Source: an uncultured Bradyrhizobium sp. (GTDB lineage: Bacteria > Pseudomonadota > Alphaproteobacteria > Rhizobiales > Xanthobacteraceae). Taken from it: a DNA stretch of 64,000 nucleotides. How positions within the stretch are numbered: position 1 is the stretch's first letter; each line of letters opens with the position of its first letter. The notes under the pieces are model-generated. The model saw only the letters and a list, made by a program, of their open reading frames with translations, ran no database searches and had not been told where the DNA came from. The stretch is from positions 15,528 to 79,527 of the forward strand of contig NZ_CAXUNQ010000018.1 in NCBI RefSeq assembly GCF_964252615.1, read 5' to 3'. The translations under genes and the position numbers were made by a program. Below, piece by piece: positions 9,166-18,509 of the stretch.

Positions 9166-10017
9166 ATTGGTGGGCACGGCGCAACGGCGCCTTTGTCCGC
9201 CCTACGGTTCGCCGCGCTTGCGGTCCTCGCGCTGCTCGCGGCTGCGCCGCCCGCCGCGGCGCAGGGAAAGCTCGACGCGCGCTATGAGGTGACGCTTGCC
9301 GGCATACCCGTCGGCAAGGGCACCTGGGTAATCGACATTTCCGACGATGCGTATTCGGCGTCGGCTTCCGGCGGCACGTCCGGATTGCTGCAGGCATTCG
9401 CTTCCGGCTCCGGCACCGGCGGCTCGCAGGGCCGCATCGTGGGCGGCGCGCTGCTGCCGCAAAACTATTCCGCCACCGTGCGTTCGTCGAAAAAATCCGA
9501 AACCATCCGGATGTCGCTTGCCGCCGGCAATATCAAGGAATTCGCCATCGAGCCGGAGCCGCCGGTCGATCCTGACCGCATCGTCGTCACCGAGGCGCAT
9601 CGCCGCGGCGTGCTTGATCCGATGACCGGTTCGCTGCTGCGCGTGCCCGGCTCCGCCGATCCGCTCAGCCCCGAAGCGTGCCGGGCGGGAGGCGCGATCT
9701 TCGACGGCCGCATGCGCTATGAACTCAGGCTCGATTACAAGCGGATGGAAACGGTGCGGGCCGAACGGGGCTATTCCGGTCCGGCCGTGGTGTGCGCGGT
9801 GTATTTTACGCCGATCGCGGGCTACATCCCCGACCGCGCCGCGATCAAATGGCTCGCCGCGCAGCGCAACATCGAGGCCTGGTTCGCGCCGATCGCCGGC
9901 ACCCGCATCCTGGTGCCGTTCCGGATGATGATTCCGACCCCGCTCGGCATGGGCATGCTCGAAGCCACTCAGTTCCTGACCCAGGCCTCGCCGCCCCGCG
10001 TCGCCAAAACCCAGTGA
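9160..10017 (+). CDS. DUF3108-like periplasmic protein (hypothetical)
   Basis: ORF 9019..10017 trimmed to ATG 9160, giving a signal peptide ..LSALRFAALAVLALLAAAPPAAA|QGK. The DUF3108 assignment is from memory of the family pattern only. The start is uncertain because the ATG lies inside the repeat arm; TTG near 9193 is an alternative. Confidence 0.55.
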   Translation: MTIGGHGATAPLSALRFAALAVLALLAAAPPAAAQGKLDARYEVTLAGIPVGKGTWVIDISDDAYSASASGGTSGLLQAFASGSGTGGSQGRIVGGALLPQNYSATVRSSKKSETIRMSLAAGNIKEFAIEPEPPVDPDRIVVTEAHRRGVLDPMTGSLLRVPGSADPLSPEACRAGGAIFDGRMRYELRLDYKRMETVRAERGYSGPAVVCAVYFTPIAGYIPDRAAIKWLAAQRNIEAWFAPIAGTRILVPFRMMIPTPLGMGMLEATQFLTQASPPRVAKTQ

Positions 10018-10021
10018 GCCC

Positions 10022-10126
10022 GATGATCCATCCGTTGTCGTTGCCGGGTTCGACCCGGCAATCCATCCCCTTCGAAACGGCTCTTCCGAAGATGGATGGA
10101 TACGCGGGCCAAGCCCGCGTATGACC
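10022..10126. repeat. REP-like element, family B, inverted pair (core GGATGGATACGCGGGYCAAGCCCGCRTATGAC)
   Basis: The right half, 10068-10126, differs at only 4 of 59 nt from 62784-62842. The left half is the reverse-complement type (..GCCGGGTTCGACCCGGCAATCCATC). Confidence 0.75.
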
Positions 10127-10422
10127 AGTCGAGGCAGGATTCCGGCTTGACTCCGGTCGGCTTCTGATTCGACTCCCAATCGCATCCAGCTTTAAGGATT
10201 TGACCGAAAAACCACCGCTTGTTCGACGCCGACAAACTTGATCTAGTGTTGCCTGTCGCGCGCCAACGCGAGATGTTGCGGCGGCCGGGCCTGCAATCTT
10301 CCGAGTCAGCGATTCGGGCGTGTTTCGTTCCTTACCCGTTCCGAAGCTTAAGCCGCGACCTGGCAGGCGTCGCATTGTGAAACATATACCAACGCCGGCG
10401 ACGCAGGAATTCCCTTAAACAT

Positions 10423-13400
10423 ATGGCCTTTTCTTCTCCCACGCCGATGTCCGGAAACGGCAGGGCTCCCGGCGCCGGCGTCACCGCGGTGCTCGGTCCC
10501 ACCAATACCGGCAAGACCCATCTTGCGATCGAGCGCATGCTTGCGCATTCCTCCGGCGTGATCGGGCTGCCGCTGCGGCTGCTCGCGCGCGAGGTCTACA
10601 ACAAGATCGTCGATCGCGCCGGCGTCGATTCGGTCGCGCTGATCACCGGTGAAGAGAAGATCAAACCGCCGAAAGCGCGATTCTGGGTCTCCACCGTGGA
10701 AGCGATGCCGCGCGACCTGGAGGTGTCGTTCCTCGCCGTCGATGAAATACAGATCAGTGCCGATCTCGAGCGCGGCCACGTCTTCACCGATCGCATCCTG
10801 CATCGCCGCGGCCGCGACGAAACGCTGCTGCTGGGCGCGGCCACCATGCGTCCGATCATCGAGCGGCTGCTGCCGGGCGCCAGTATCGTCACCCGGCCGC
10901 GACTGTCGCAGCTCGAATTTGCCGGCGACCGCAAGATCACCCGGCAGCCGCGGCGCACCGCGATCGTCGCGTTTTCCGCCGATGAAGTTTACGCCATCGC
11001 CGAACTGATCAAGCGCCAGCATGGCGGCGCGGCGGTGGTGCTGGGATCGCTCAGCCCCCGCACCCGCAACGCGCAGGTGGCGATGTTCCAGTCCGGCGAC
11101 GTCGATTACCTGGTGGCGACCGACGCCGTCGGCATGGGGCTCAACCTCGACGTCGACCACGTCGCCTTTGCCTCCGACCGCAAATATGACGGCTATCAAT
11201 TCCGCCGCCTCAATCCATCGGAATTCGCGCAGATCGCCGGCCGCGCCGGCCGCGCTACCCGCGACGGCACGTTCGGGACCACCGGGCGCTGCGCGCCGTT
11301 CGAGCCGGAATTGGTCAACGCGCTGCAGAACCACACTTTCGACAGCGTCAAAGTGCTGCAATGGCGCAATTCGAAGCTGGATTTTTCCTCGCTCGGCGCC
11401 CTGCAGGTATCGCTGGCGCTTAACCCGTCGCACGAGGCGCTGACCCGTGCGCCGGTCGCGGAGGACCTGCGCGTGCTCGATCACGCCGCCCGCGATGGCG
11501 ACGTTCGCGACATGGCGCAGGGCGCCGCCGCCGTCGAGCGGCTGTGGGATGCCTGCCAGATCCCGGATTATCGCAAGCTGTCGCCGGCCGCGCACGCCGA
11601 ACTGGTGACCACGCTGTTCGGCTTTCTGATGCGCAAGGGCAGGATCCCGGATGCCTGGTTTGCGGCGCAGATCGACCAGGCCGACCGCACCGACGGCGAC
11701 ATCGACACCCTGTCGCACCGGATCGCGCAGATCCGCACCTGGACCTTCGTGGCGAACCGGCCGGACTGGCTGGCCGATCCCGAACATTGGCAGGGCATTT
11801 CGCGCGACGTCGAAAATAAATTGTCCGATGCACTGCACGAACGGCTCACGGAGCGTTTCGTTGATCGCCGGACCAGTGTATTGATGCGCCGCCTGCGGGA
11901 AAACACGATGTTGAATACGGAAATCGGCAAGACCGGCGAAGTGATCGTAGAGGGCCATGTGATCGGCCGCCTCGACGGATTCACCTTTGCGCCTGATGCG
12001 GCCGAGGCCGGTTCCGACGCCAAGGCCTTGCAGGCGACGGCGCAGAAAGCGCTGGCCGGCGAGATCGACGCCCGCGCCGAGAAGCTGTCGGCGGCGAAAG
12101 ACGATGCGTTCGTGCTGGCATCGGACGGCACCATCCGCTGGACCGGCGACGCCGTCGCCAGGCTGGTTGCGACCGACAACGTGCTGCATCCGCGCATCCG
12201 CATCATTTCCGACGATCGGCTGACCGGCGCGCCGCGCGAAGCGGTGCAGGCGCGGCTCGACCTCTGGCTCAAGACCCACATCGAGAAACTGCTGGGCCCG
12301 CTGTTCGACCTCAACAAGGCCGAGGATATCACCGGCATCGCCCGCGGCATCGCGTTCCAGCTGATCGAAGCGCTGGGCGTGCTGGAGCGCGCCAGGATCG
12401 CGGCCGAGATGAAGGACCTCGACCAGCCGTCGCGCGCGTCTTTACGCAAATACGGCGTGCGGTTCGGCGCCTATCACATCTATGTTCCGGCGCTGCTCAA
12501 GCCTGCGGCGCGCGCGCTGGCCTCGCTGCTGTGGTCGGAGAAGCAGGACGGTGTCGACACTTCTGCGCTGTCCGGCGCGCAGCATCTGGCCGGCAGCGGC
12601 CGCACCTCGTTTCCGGTCGACAAGCAGCTCGATCGCGATGCCTATCGTATCCTGGGCTACAAGCAATGCGGCGAACGCGCGGTGCGCGTCGATATCCTGG
12701 AGCGTCTGGCCGACCTCATTCGTCCGGCGCTGTCGTGGCGGCCGGGCGCGCTCGGCGAAAAGCCCGCCGGAGCGTTCGACGGCCGCGGTTTTGTGATCAC
12801 GCAGGCGATGACGTCGCTGACCGGTTCGGCCGGCGAGGATTTCGCATCGATCCTGCGCGCGCTGGGTTACCGGATGGAGAAGCGGCCGCCGCTGCCGCCG
12901 GCGCCGGCCGCGGTGAAAGCCGCACCTGCGCAGGCTGCGGCAGTCGAAGCTGCACCTGCCGAAGCTGCACTTGGCGAAACTGGACTTGCCGAAACTGCAC
13001 TTGCCGAAGCTGCGGCCGTGGAAGCCGTCGCGGCGGAAGCCGGCGCGGAAACGGCGCTCGCCGACCCGGCTGTGGAAGCAGGCGCCGCGCTGCAAGTACT
13101 CGACGAGTCCGGCGCGACCGCTGAAGCCGTGGCCGCGGACCCGCCGGCTGCGACCGGGAGCGCGGAGACGTCGGCAGCGCCCGGCGAGGCGCCCCAGATC
13201 CTGGATGAATCGGGGGCCGCGTTGCCGGAAGCCGAATTGCCGACGGCGCCTGATGCAAGCGGGTCGGCGTCCGGCGCGGCCGAACCGGCAACCGCAGCGG
13301 CCGGCGCCGCTGCAGATGTGCCGGCGGAAGCGGCCTCTGGAATCGATGCCGCGCCTGCGGTTGTTGCGGTTCCCGAACTGGTCGAGGTATGGCGCCCCGG

Positions 13401-13896
13401 CGGCCGATCGGAAGAACGCCGGCCGCGTCACGATCGCAACCGCCCTCGCCGGCCCGATCGCCCGCAAGCCCCGGCGCAGGAGGCTGCCCAGCCGGCCGGG
13501 GCCGAGCCGGGTGCCCAGCGCGAACGGCATGGACGCGCAAATAAAGGATCGCGGCGCGAGCGCAACAGCGAGTTCCGTAAATCCCGCACCGATGCGGTCG
13601 AATCCGGCGCGCCGGCGGTCGTCGCCGAAGGCGCGCAGGCTCGTGAGCCGCCCGAGAACAAAGGCCGCCCGCCGCCGCGCGAGCGCTTCCAGGGCAAGGG
13701 CAGGGAAAGGGACAAGAGCAGCAAGTTCGGCAAGCCGAAAGGCGATCGTGAAGGCCGTTCCGGCGGCGGACCGTCGCACCGGCAGTATGCGAGCAGCGCG
13801 CCGCCGCGCGAACGCGAACGGCCGGCCGACCCCAATTCGCCTTTCGCCAAGCTGGCGGCGCTCAAGGAGCAGCTCACCGCCGGCCGCAAGGATTAG
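10423..13896 (+). CDS. Suv3-like ATP-dependent helicase with long low-complexity C-terminal tail
   Basis: 1157 aa. Walker A is GPTNTGKTHLAIERM, followed by FLAVDEIQ and helicase C motifs (..VATDAVGMGLNLDVDHV..QIAGRAGR). Residues from about 820 onward are Ala/Glu/Pro-rich, then Arg/Lys/Gly-rich. Confidence 0.85.
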   Translation: MAFSSPTPMSGNGRAPGAGVTAVLGPTNTGKTHLAIERMLAHSSGVIGLPLRLLAREVYNKIVDRAGVDSVALITGEEKIKPPKARFWVSTVEAMPRDLEVSFLAVDEIQISADLERGHVFTDRILHRRGRDETLLLGAATMRPIIERLLPGASIVTRPRLSQLEFAGDRKITRQPRRTAIVAFSADEVYAIAELIKRQHGGAAVVLGSLSPRTRNAQVAMFQSGDVDYLVATDAVGMGLNLDVDHVAFASDRKYDGYQFRRLNPSEFAQIAGRAGRATRDGTFGTTGRCAPFEPELVNALQNHTFDSVKVLQWRNSKLDFSSLGALQVSLALNPSHEALTRAPVAEDLRVLDHAARDGDVRDMAQGAAAVERLWDACQIPDYRKLSPAAHAELVTTLFGFLMRKGRIPDAWFAAQIDQADRTDGDIDTLSHRIAQIRTWTFVANRPDWLADPEHWQGISRDVENKLSDALHERLTERFVDRRTSVLMRRLRENTMLNTEIGKTGEVIVEGHVIGRLDGFTFAPDAAEAGSDAKALQATAQKALAGEIDARAEKLSAAKDDAFVLASDGTIRWTGDAVARLVATDNVLHPRIRIISDDRLTGAPREAVQARLDLWLKTHIEKLLGPLFDLNKAEDITGIARGIAFQLIEALGVLERARIAAEMKDLDQPSRASLRKYGVRFGAYHIYVPALLKPAARALASLLWSEKQDGVDTSALSGAQHLAGSGRTSFPVDKQLDRDAYRILGYKQCGERAVRVDILERLADLIRPALSWRPGALGEKPAGAFDGRGFVITQAMTSLTGSAGEDFASILRALGYRMEKRPPLPPAPAAVKAAPAQAAAVEAAPAEAALGETGLAETALAEAAAVEAVAAEAGAETALADPAVEAGAALQVLDESGATAEAVAADPPAATGSAETSAAPGEAPQILDESGAALPEAELPTAPDASGSASGAAEPATAAAGAAADVPAEAASGIDAAPAVVAVPELVEVWRPGGRSEERRPRHDRNRPRRPDRPQAPAQEAAQPAGAEPGAQRERHGRANKGSRRERNSEFRKSRTDAVESGAPAVVAEGAQAREPPENKGRPPPRERFQGKGRERDKSSKFGKPKGDREGRSGGGPSHRQYASSAPPRERERPADPNSPFAKLAALKEQLTAGRKD
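12946..13050 (+). repeat. in-frame imperfect 15-nt tandem repeat (about 7 units, GAAGCTGCACYTGCC; pentapeptide EAAxA)
   Basis: Read directly from the sequence, inside the helicase tail. Confidence 0.7.
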
Positions 13897-13928
13897 CGAT
13901 GGCGCCGGGCGGAACAGGCGGCGCGTTC

Positions 13929-13955
13929 TCACCTCTCCCCTGCGGGAAGAGGTGA
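13929..13955 (+). terminator. GC-rich hairpin after helicase gene (TCACCTCT-CCCCTGCGGGA-AGAGGTGA), putative terminator/REP
   Basis: 8-bp outer stem. A related hairpin occurs at 17943-17971. There is no clear T-tract. Confidence 0.3.
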
Positions 13956-13983
13956 CGAGGGTCCGGGTTCGAGGAGCGTCTGC

Positions 13984-14253
13984 TTGGAGCGCCAGCGCCT
14001 CGACAAATGGTTGTGGCATGCGCGGGTGGTCAAAGCCCGCAGCAGCGCGGCGGCGCTGGTCGAGGCCGGCCGTGTCCGTGTCAACGGGTCGCGCGAGACC
14101 TCGCCTGGCCATGCCGTGAAGGCCGGCGACGTCCTCACTATCGGCCTCGATCGCACGGTGCGCATTCTCAAGGTGGTCGGATTTGCCGAGCGGCGCGGCG
14201 ACGCCGCCGCGGCGCGGGTGCTGTATGCCGATTTGCAGGCGCGGCCGGAATGA
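13984..14253 (+). CDS. RNA-binding S4-domain protein (Hsp15-like)
   Basis: 89 aa. RLDKWLWHARVVKARSSAAALVEAGRVRVNG is the S4/Hsp15 signature. The start codon is TTG, so the start is uncertain. Confidence 0.8.
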   Translation: MERQRLDKWLWHARVVKARSSAAALVEAGRVRVNGSRETSPGHAVKAGDVLTIGLDRTVRILKVVGFAERRGDAAAARVLYADLQARPE

Positions 14254-14375
14254 CTACCTGAATTGAGCGTTCCGGCGAAGGTCTGGTTCGCTTAACGCTT
14301 GTGCGTGTGCCGTGCTTGCGGCAACGCAGTTCCTGCGCTACGCAACCCTTCGAATTGACCGTTTCGGAGCCCTGG

Positions 14376-14714
14376 ATGACTTACGTCGTCACTGAAGCCT
14401 GCATCAAGTGCAAATACACCGATTGCGTCGAGGTCTGCCCCGTGGACTGCTTTTACGAGGGCGACAACATGCTGGTCATCCATCCGGACGAATGCATCGA
14501 CTGCGGCGTGTGCGAACCCGAATGCCCGGCCGATGCGATCAAGCCCGATACCGAGCCGGGACTGGAGAAATGGCTCGAGGTGAACACGGAATATGCCAAG
14601 AGCTGGCCCAACATCACGCAAAAAAAGGAATCCCCGCCCGACGCCAAGGATTTCGAGGGCATGGAGGGAAAGTTCGAGAAATATTTTTCTCCCGCTCCGG
14701 GCACCGGAGACTGA
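14376..14714 (+). CDS. fdxA: 7Fe ferredoxin (FdxA type)
   Basis: ORF 14301.. trimmed to ATG 14376. [41 protein letters not shown] is the classical [3Fe-4S][4Fe-4S] pattern. Confidence 0.92.
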   Translation: MTYVVTEACIKCKYTDCVEVCPVDCFYEGDNMLVIHPDECIDCGVCEPECPADAIKPDTEPGLEKWLEVNTEYAKSWPNITQKKESPPDAKDFEGMEGKFEKYFSPAPGTGD

Positions 14715-14817
14715 CCGCCGCGGTATCTGCCGCCCGTGGATCGACCGCACGACTTAACCCTAATCGCTGTTTTGCCCGGTTATCGGCCCTGCCGGGGCCG
14801 GAATCGGCCATGAATCT

Positions 14818-14845
14818 TTGATTTTTGCGGCAAATGTGCTATTAT
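14818..14845 (+). promoter_or_regulatory. candidate sigma70-type promoter of carD
   Basis: TTGATT, a 16-nt spacer, then TATTAT, about 40 nt upstream of the carD ORF start. Confidence 0.4.
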
Positions 14846-14883
14846 GAGCACATAAGGTTAGCTCGGATCCTGTTGCCCGTTAT

Positions 14884-15978
14884 TTGGCCCCAAGGGTTCC
14901 CGTGAAACATCGAACAGGGGCGCGGCGTTTCCGCGCGCAGGCCGTGTCACAGAAAACGCGTAAAAAAAGTTCCAGGGGTACCAAAAAAGCCGCTGCGGCC
15001 AGCCGCGGTGCAACCAAAGTCCGTGCCCGGGCTTCTCTTAAGAACACCCGGACAGCCACCAAGGCCACGGCTGCCAAGTCCTCAAAAAACAAAAGAAGCG
15101 CAATGCCCAGCAAGACTGCAACGACTTCCGTGAAAGCGGCCGGTTCGAAGGCCACTGCTTCCAAGCCCGCTCCCAGGACCCCTCTTAAGAGCGCCTCTCC
15201 CAAGACCGCCGCACTCAAGACCGCCGCACTCAAGACCGCCGCACTCAAGACCGCCGCACTCAAGACTGCCGCACCGAAGGCTGCGGCCAGACCAGCGGCA
15301 GGCAAAGTTGCCGCCGCCAGGCCGGCGGTCAAGCCGGTGGCTGTCGCGGCCAGGGTCGAGGAACCGAAGAAGGTGCTGACCCAGCGCCAGGGCTTCAAGA
15401 CCAACGAATTCGTGGTCTATCCCGCCCATGGCGTCGGCCAGATCCTGGCCATCGAGGAGCAGGAGATCGCGGGCGCCAAGCTCGAGCTGTTCGTGATCAA
15501 TTTCATGAAAGACAAGATGACGCTGCGGGTGCCGACCGCCAAGGTCGCCAATGTCGGCATGCGCAAGCTGTCGGAGCCGGCGCTGGTCAAGCGCGCGCTG
15601 GAAACCCTGAAAGGCCGCGCCCGCATCAAGCGCACGATGTGGTCGCGCCGCGCCCAGGAATACGAAGCCAAGATCAATTCCGGCGACATCGTCGCCATCG
15701 CCGAAGTGGTGCGCGACCTCTATCGAAGCGACTCGCAGCCCGAACAGTCCTACAGCGAACGCCAGCTCTATGAAGCGGCGCTGGACCGGTTGTCGCGCGA
15801 GATCGCGGTGGTGCAGCACGTCACCGAAACCGAGGCGGTCAAGGAGATCGAAGGCCAGCTCGCCAAGAGCCCGCGGCGCGGGGCGAAGAGCGAGACCGAG
15901 GCCGGCGCGGAAGGCGAGGGCGATACGGAAGCCGACGCCGAGGGTGATGATGCGGTGGCGGCGGACGAGGCGGCGTAA
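14884..15978 (+). CDS. carD: CarD-family transcriptional regulator with Lys/Ala-rich N-terminal extension
   Basis: The CarD/CdnL core runs from about residue 171 (FKTNEFVVYPAHGVGQILAIEE..RVPT..RKL..RTMWSRRAQEYEAKINSGD). The start is uncertain: TTG 14884, or in-frame ATG 15103. Confidence 0.85.
   Translation: MAPRVPVKHRTGARRFRAQAVSQKTRKKSSRGTKKAAAASRGATKVRARASLKNTRTATKATAAKSSKNKRSAMPSKTATTSVKAAGSKATASKPAPRTPLKSASPKTAALKTAALKTAALKTAALKTAAPKAAARPAAGKVAAARPAVKPVAVAARVEEPKKVLTQRQGFKTNEFVVYPAHGVGQILAIEEQEIAGAKLELFVINFMKDKMTLRVPTAKVANVGMRKLSEPALVKRALETLKGRARIKRTMWSRRAQEYEAKINSGDIVAIAEVVRDLYRSDSQPEQSYSERQLYEAALDRLSREIAVVQHVTETEAVKEIEGQLAKSPRRGAKSETEAGAEGEGDTEADAEGDDAVAADEAA
15202..15276 (+). repeat. 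in-frame 15-nt tandem repeat, 4 perfect + 1 variant unit (AAGACCGCCGCACTC = KTAAL)
   Basis: Read directly from the sequence, inside the carD N-terminal extension. Confidence 0.9.
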
Positions 15979-16004
15979 CGGCGCTCACGGAACGCGAGAC
16001 GACC

Positions 16005-16035
16005 AAAGCCCGGCCCGAAAGGCCGGGCTTTTGTT
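16005..16035 (+). terminator. rho-independent terminator after carD (bidirectional with gntR-family gene)
   Basis: AAAGCCCGGCC-CGAAA-GGCCGGGCTTT (11-bp stem) followed by TGTT. Confidence 0.7.
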
Positions 16036-16044
16036 CGTCTTGCC

Positions 16045-16710
16045 CTACCTCAGCCTTCCCACCCCCGTCGCATGCGCCACGCACCCGTCGATGTGCTCGG
16101 TCAAAATCTCCTTTGCCCCCTCCGCATCCCGCTTCAGCGCGCACTCCTTGAGCGCGCGGTGCTGTTCCACCGTGGCGCTGCCGCGATATTGCAAGGCGTA
16201 GCGGAAGTATTTGTCGAACACGACCGCATGGGTCTGCATCAGCTCGCGCGAGCCGCAGTTCGAGATCAGGGCCTGATGGAATTCGCCGTCGTAGCGCTTG
16301 CGCAGTTCGGGGTCGTCGCCGGCGGTGAGGATGGCACGCTCGGTGGCGGCGAGCTTGTGGTGGGCCGACACCACGCGTCCTTCCCATTCGACGTCGCCGG
16401 CGCGGAAGGACTCGGTCATGGCGTGATGTTCGAGCAGGATTCGAAGCTGCGCGAGTTCGCGCAGGTTCTGGATCGAAACCGGGGCGACCTCGAAACCGCG
16501 CTGGCCTTCGGCGACGACAAAGCCCTCCGAGGCCAGGCGATTGAGGATCTCGCGCAACGTCGAGACGCTCAGCCCGTAGTCTTCCTTCATCGATTCCAGC
16601 CTGAGGCGCCCGGAGGGGGTCAGCACGCCGAAGATGATGTCGGAGCGGATGCGCTGGTAGCCGCTGTCGCCGGCGGACAGGGACGGCTGCGATGGGTCGA
16701 GAAATGTCAA
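16045..16710 (-). CDS. GntR-family transcriptional regulator (FadR/FCD subfamily)
   Basis: 221 aa. Has a winged HTH (YQRIRSDIIFGVLTPSGRLRLESMKEDYGLSVSTLREILNRLASEGFVV) and a C-terminal all-helical FCD-like domain. Confidence 0.85.
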   Translation of the reverse strand: MTFLDPSQPSLSAGDSGYQRIRSDIIFGVLTPSGRLRLESMKEDYGLSVSTLREILNRLASEGFVVAEGQRGFEVAPVSIQNLRELAQLRILLEHHAMTESFRAGDVEWEGRVVSAHHKLAATERAILTAGDDPELRKRYDGEFHQALISNCGSRELMQTHAVVFDKYFRYALQYRGSATVEQHRALKECALKRDAEGAKEILTEHIDGCVAHATGVGRLR

Positions 16711-16823
16711 AGTCCTGGTCCAGGTTGGATGGTTGTCCGGCGATCAGATGCCGACAGCGCGGCAAACGCCGCGCCTGCGGCACGCCGGCGCGGCATCAGG
16801 CAGATACGAATATATCATATATT

Positions 16824-16847
16824 TCATTGATTATCATATGACAATGA
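16824..16847. promoter_or_regulatory. candidate operator in the gntR/dctP divergent region
   Basis: Inverted arms TCATTG-N12-CAATGA enclose the palindrome TCATATGA, within a conspicuously A/T-rich stretch. Confidence 0.3.
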
Positions 16848-16928
16848 TTTCATAATATGGTTTTCAGCAAAAAAGATCGCAAGCGGCGACCAGCCGCCGA
16901 CGGCACCGGTTGTTTCGGGGAGGACGTG

Positions 16929-17938
16929 ATGAGGCTGTCCAGAATTCTGTCCGCCGCGCTGCTCGCCGGGGCGCTGTCTGGTTCCCCCGCCTCGGCGCAG
17001 GAGGAGCGCACGATCCGGTGGGGGCATCTCAACAACACCGATCATCCGGTCTCCTTCGGCGTGCAGAAATTCGCGGAGATCCTCTCGCCAAGAGCGGCGG
17101 CAAGCTGAAGGTTCGCGAGTTCGCCTCCTCGCAGCTCGGCAACGAATTGCAGCAGCAGTCGGCGCTGCGCGGCGGCACCCAGGAGATGCTGTCGGCCTCC
17201 ACTACCTCGCTGGCGACCGTGATGCCGGAATTCGGCCTGCTGGATTTTCCGTTCATCGTCGGCACCACCGATCAGGCCCAGGCGCTCGCCCGTGGCGCCT
17301 TCGGCAGGACCATGATCGATGCCCTGCCGCAGCGCGGCTTGATCGGGCTCGGCTATTGGGGGCTCGGCTTTCGCAACGTCACCAACAGCAGGCATCCGAT
17401 TGCGAAACTCGAGGATTTCAGCGGCCTCAAGCTGCGCGTGATTCCGAACCCGGTCTATCTGGAGTCCTTTGGCGCCTTCAAGGCCAATCCGGTGCCGATG
17501 GCGTTCGGCGAACTGTATTCGGCGCTGGAGACGCGCACGGTCGACGGCCAGGAAAATCCCTACACAGTGATCCTGTCCAACAAGTTCTATGAAGTGCAGA
17601 AATACGTCTCGGCCACCAACCACACCTACACGCAGAACATCATCCTGGTCAGCAAGATCTTCTGGGACAGGCTTGCGCCGGCCGAGCAGAAGATGATGCG
17701 GGAAGCCTATGACGAGAGCCGCGACTATCAGAGCGAGCAGACCCGGCTGCAGACCGAAAAGGCGCTTTCCGAACTGCAGGCCAAAGGAATGCAGTACAAC
17801 GCGGTCGCGCCGGAAGAACTCGAGCGCATGCGCAAGGCGGCGCAGCCGGTGGTCGACAGGATTTCCGCGAGCCTGCGTCCGGAGACCGTGAAGATCTTCA
17901 ACGCCGAGCTCGAGCGCATCCGCAAGGACGTGAAGTGA
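16929..17938 (+). pseudogene. dctP: TRAP transporter substrate-binding protein DctP, interrupted by a -1 frameshift near 17087
   Basis: The signal peptide and first conserved block (..TIRWGHLNNTDHPVSFGVQKFAEILS) are in the frame of ATG 16929, which stops at 17106-17108. The remainder (AKSGGKLKVREFASSQLGNE.. to 17938) is in another frame. Confidence 0.65.
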
Positions 17939-17942
17939 GGCG

Positions 17943-17971
17943 TCACCCTTCCCGCTTGCGGGGAGAAGTGA
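17943..17971. repeat. GC-rich hairpin related to 13929-13955 (TCACCCTT-CCCGCTTGCGGGG-AGAAGTGA)
   Basis: Lies between dctP and dctQ. Confidence 0.35.
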
Positions 17972-17996
17972 GCAACCACGAACCTCCGGCCCGCCC

Positions 17997-18509
17997 ATGG
18001 AACGCATCTTCGACCTGTACTGCGCCTTCCTTAAAGCCGTGATCGCGCTGTGCCTTGCCGTGATGGTGGTGCTGGTGTTCGGCAATGTCGTGCTGCGTTA
18101 CGGCTTCAATTCCGGCATCACGATTTCGGAGGAGCTGTCGCGCTGGCTCCTGGTGTGGCTGACCTTTCTCGGCGCCGTCGTCGCGGTGCGCGAGCACACG
18201 CATCTCGGCGTCGACACGCTGGTGCGGATGCTGCCGGCCGGCGGCAAGCGGATCTGTTTCATCATCAATTATGGCCTGATGCTGTGGGCGGACTGGCTGC
18301 TGCTGACCGGGAGCTGGCGCCAGACCCTCATCAACATCGACGACCGCGCGCCGGCGACCGGCCTGTCGCTGGGCATCTTCTATTTCGCCGGCGTCGTGTT
18401 CGGCGTCTCGGCCGGCATCCTGCTGCTCTACGACCTGTTCCGCGTCGTCTCCGGGCAGGCCAGCGAGGCCGACATGGTCGCGGTCCGCGAATCCGAGGAG
18501 CACGGATGA
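17997..18509 (+). CDS. dctQ: TRAP transporter small permease
   Basis: 170 aa with four hydrophobic helices. The stop overlaps the dctM start (ATGA). Confidence 0.85.
   Translation: MERIFDLYCAFLKAVIALCLAVMVVLVFGNVVLRYGFNSGITISEELSRWLLVWLTFLGAVVAVREHTHLGVDTLVRMLPAGGKRICFIINYGLMLWADWLLLTGSWRQTLINIDDRAPATGLSLGIFYFAGVVFGVSAGILLLYDLFRVVSGQASEADMVAVRESEEHG

Noticed and set aside
12946-15276. Tandem 15-nt repeats (12946-13050 and 15202-15276) as possible CRISPR or minisatellite arrays.
   Set aside because: The units are contiguous with no spacers, in frame, and lie inside coding regions. They encode pentapeptide repeats, not CRISPR repeats.
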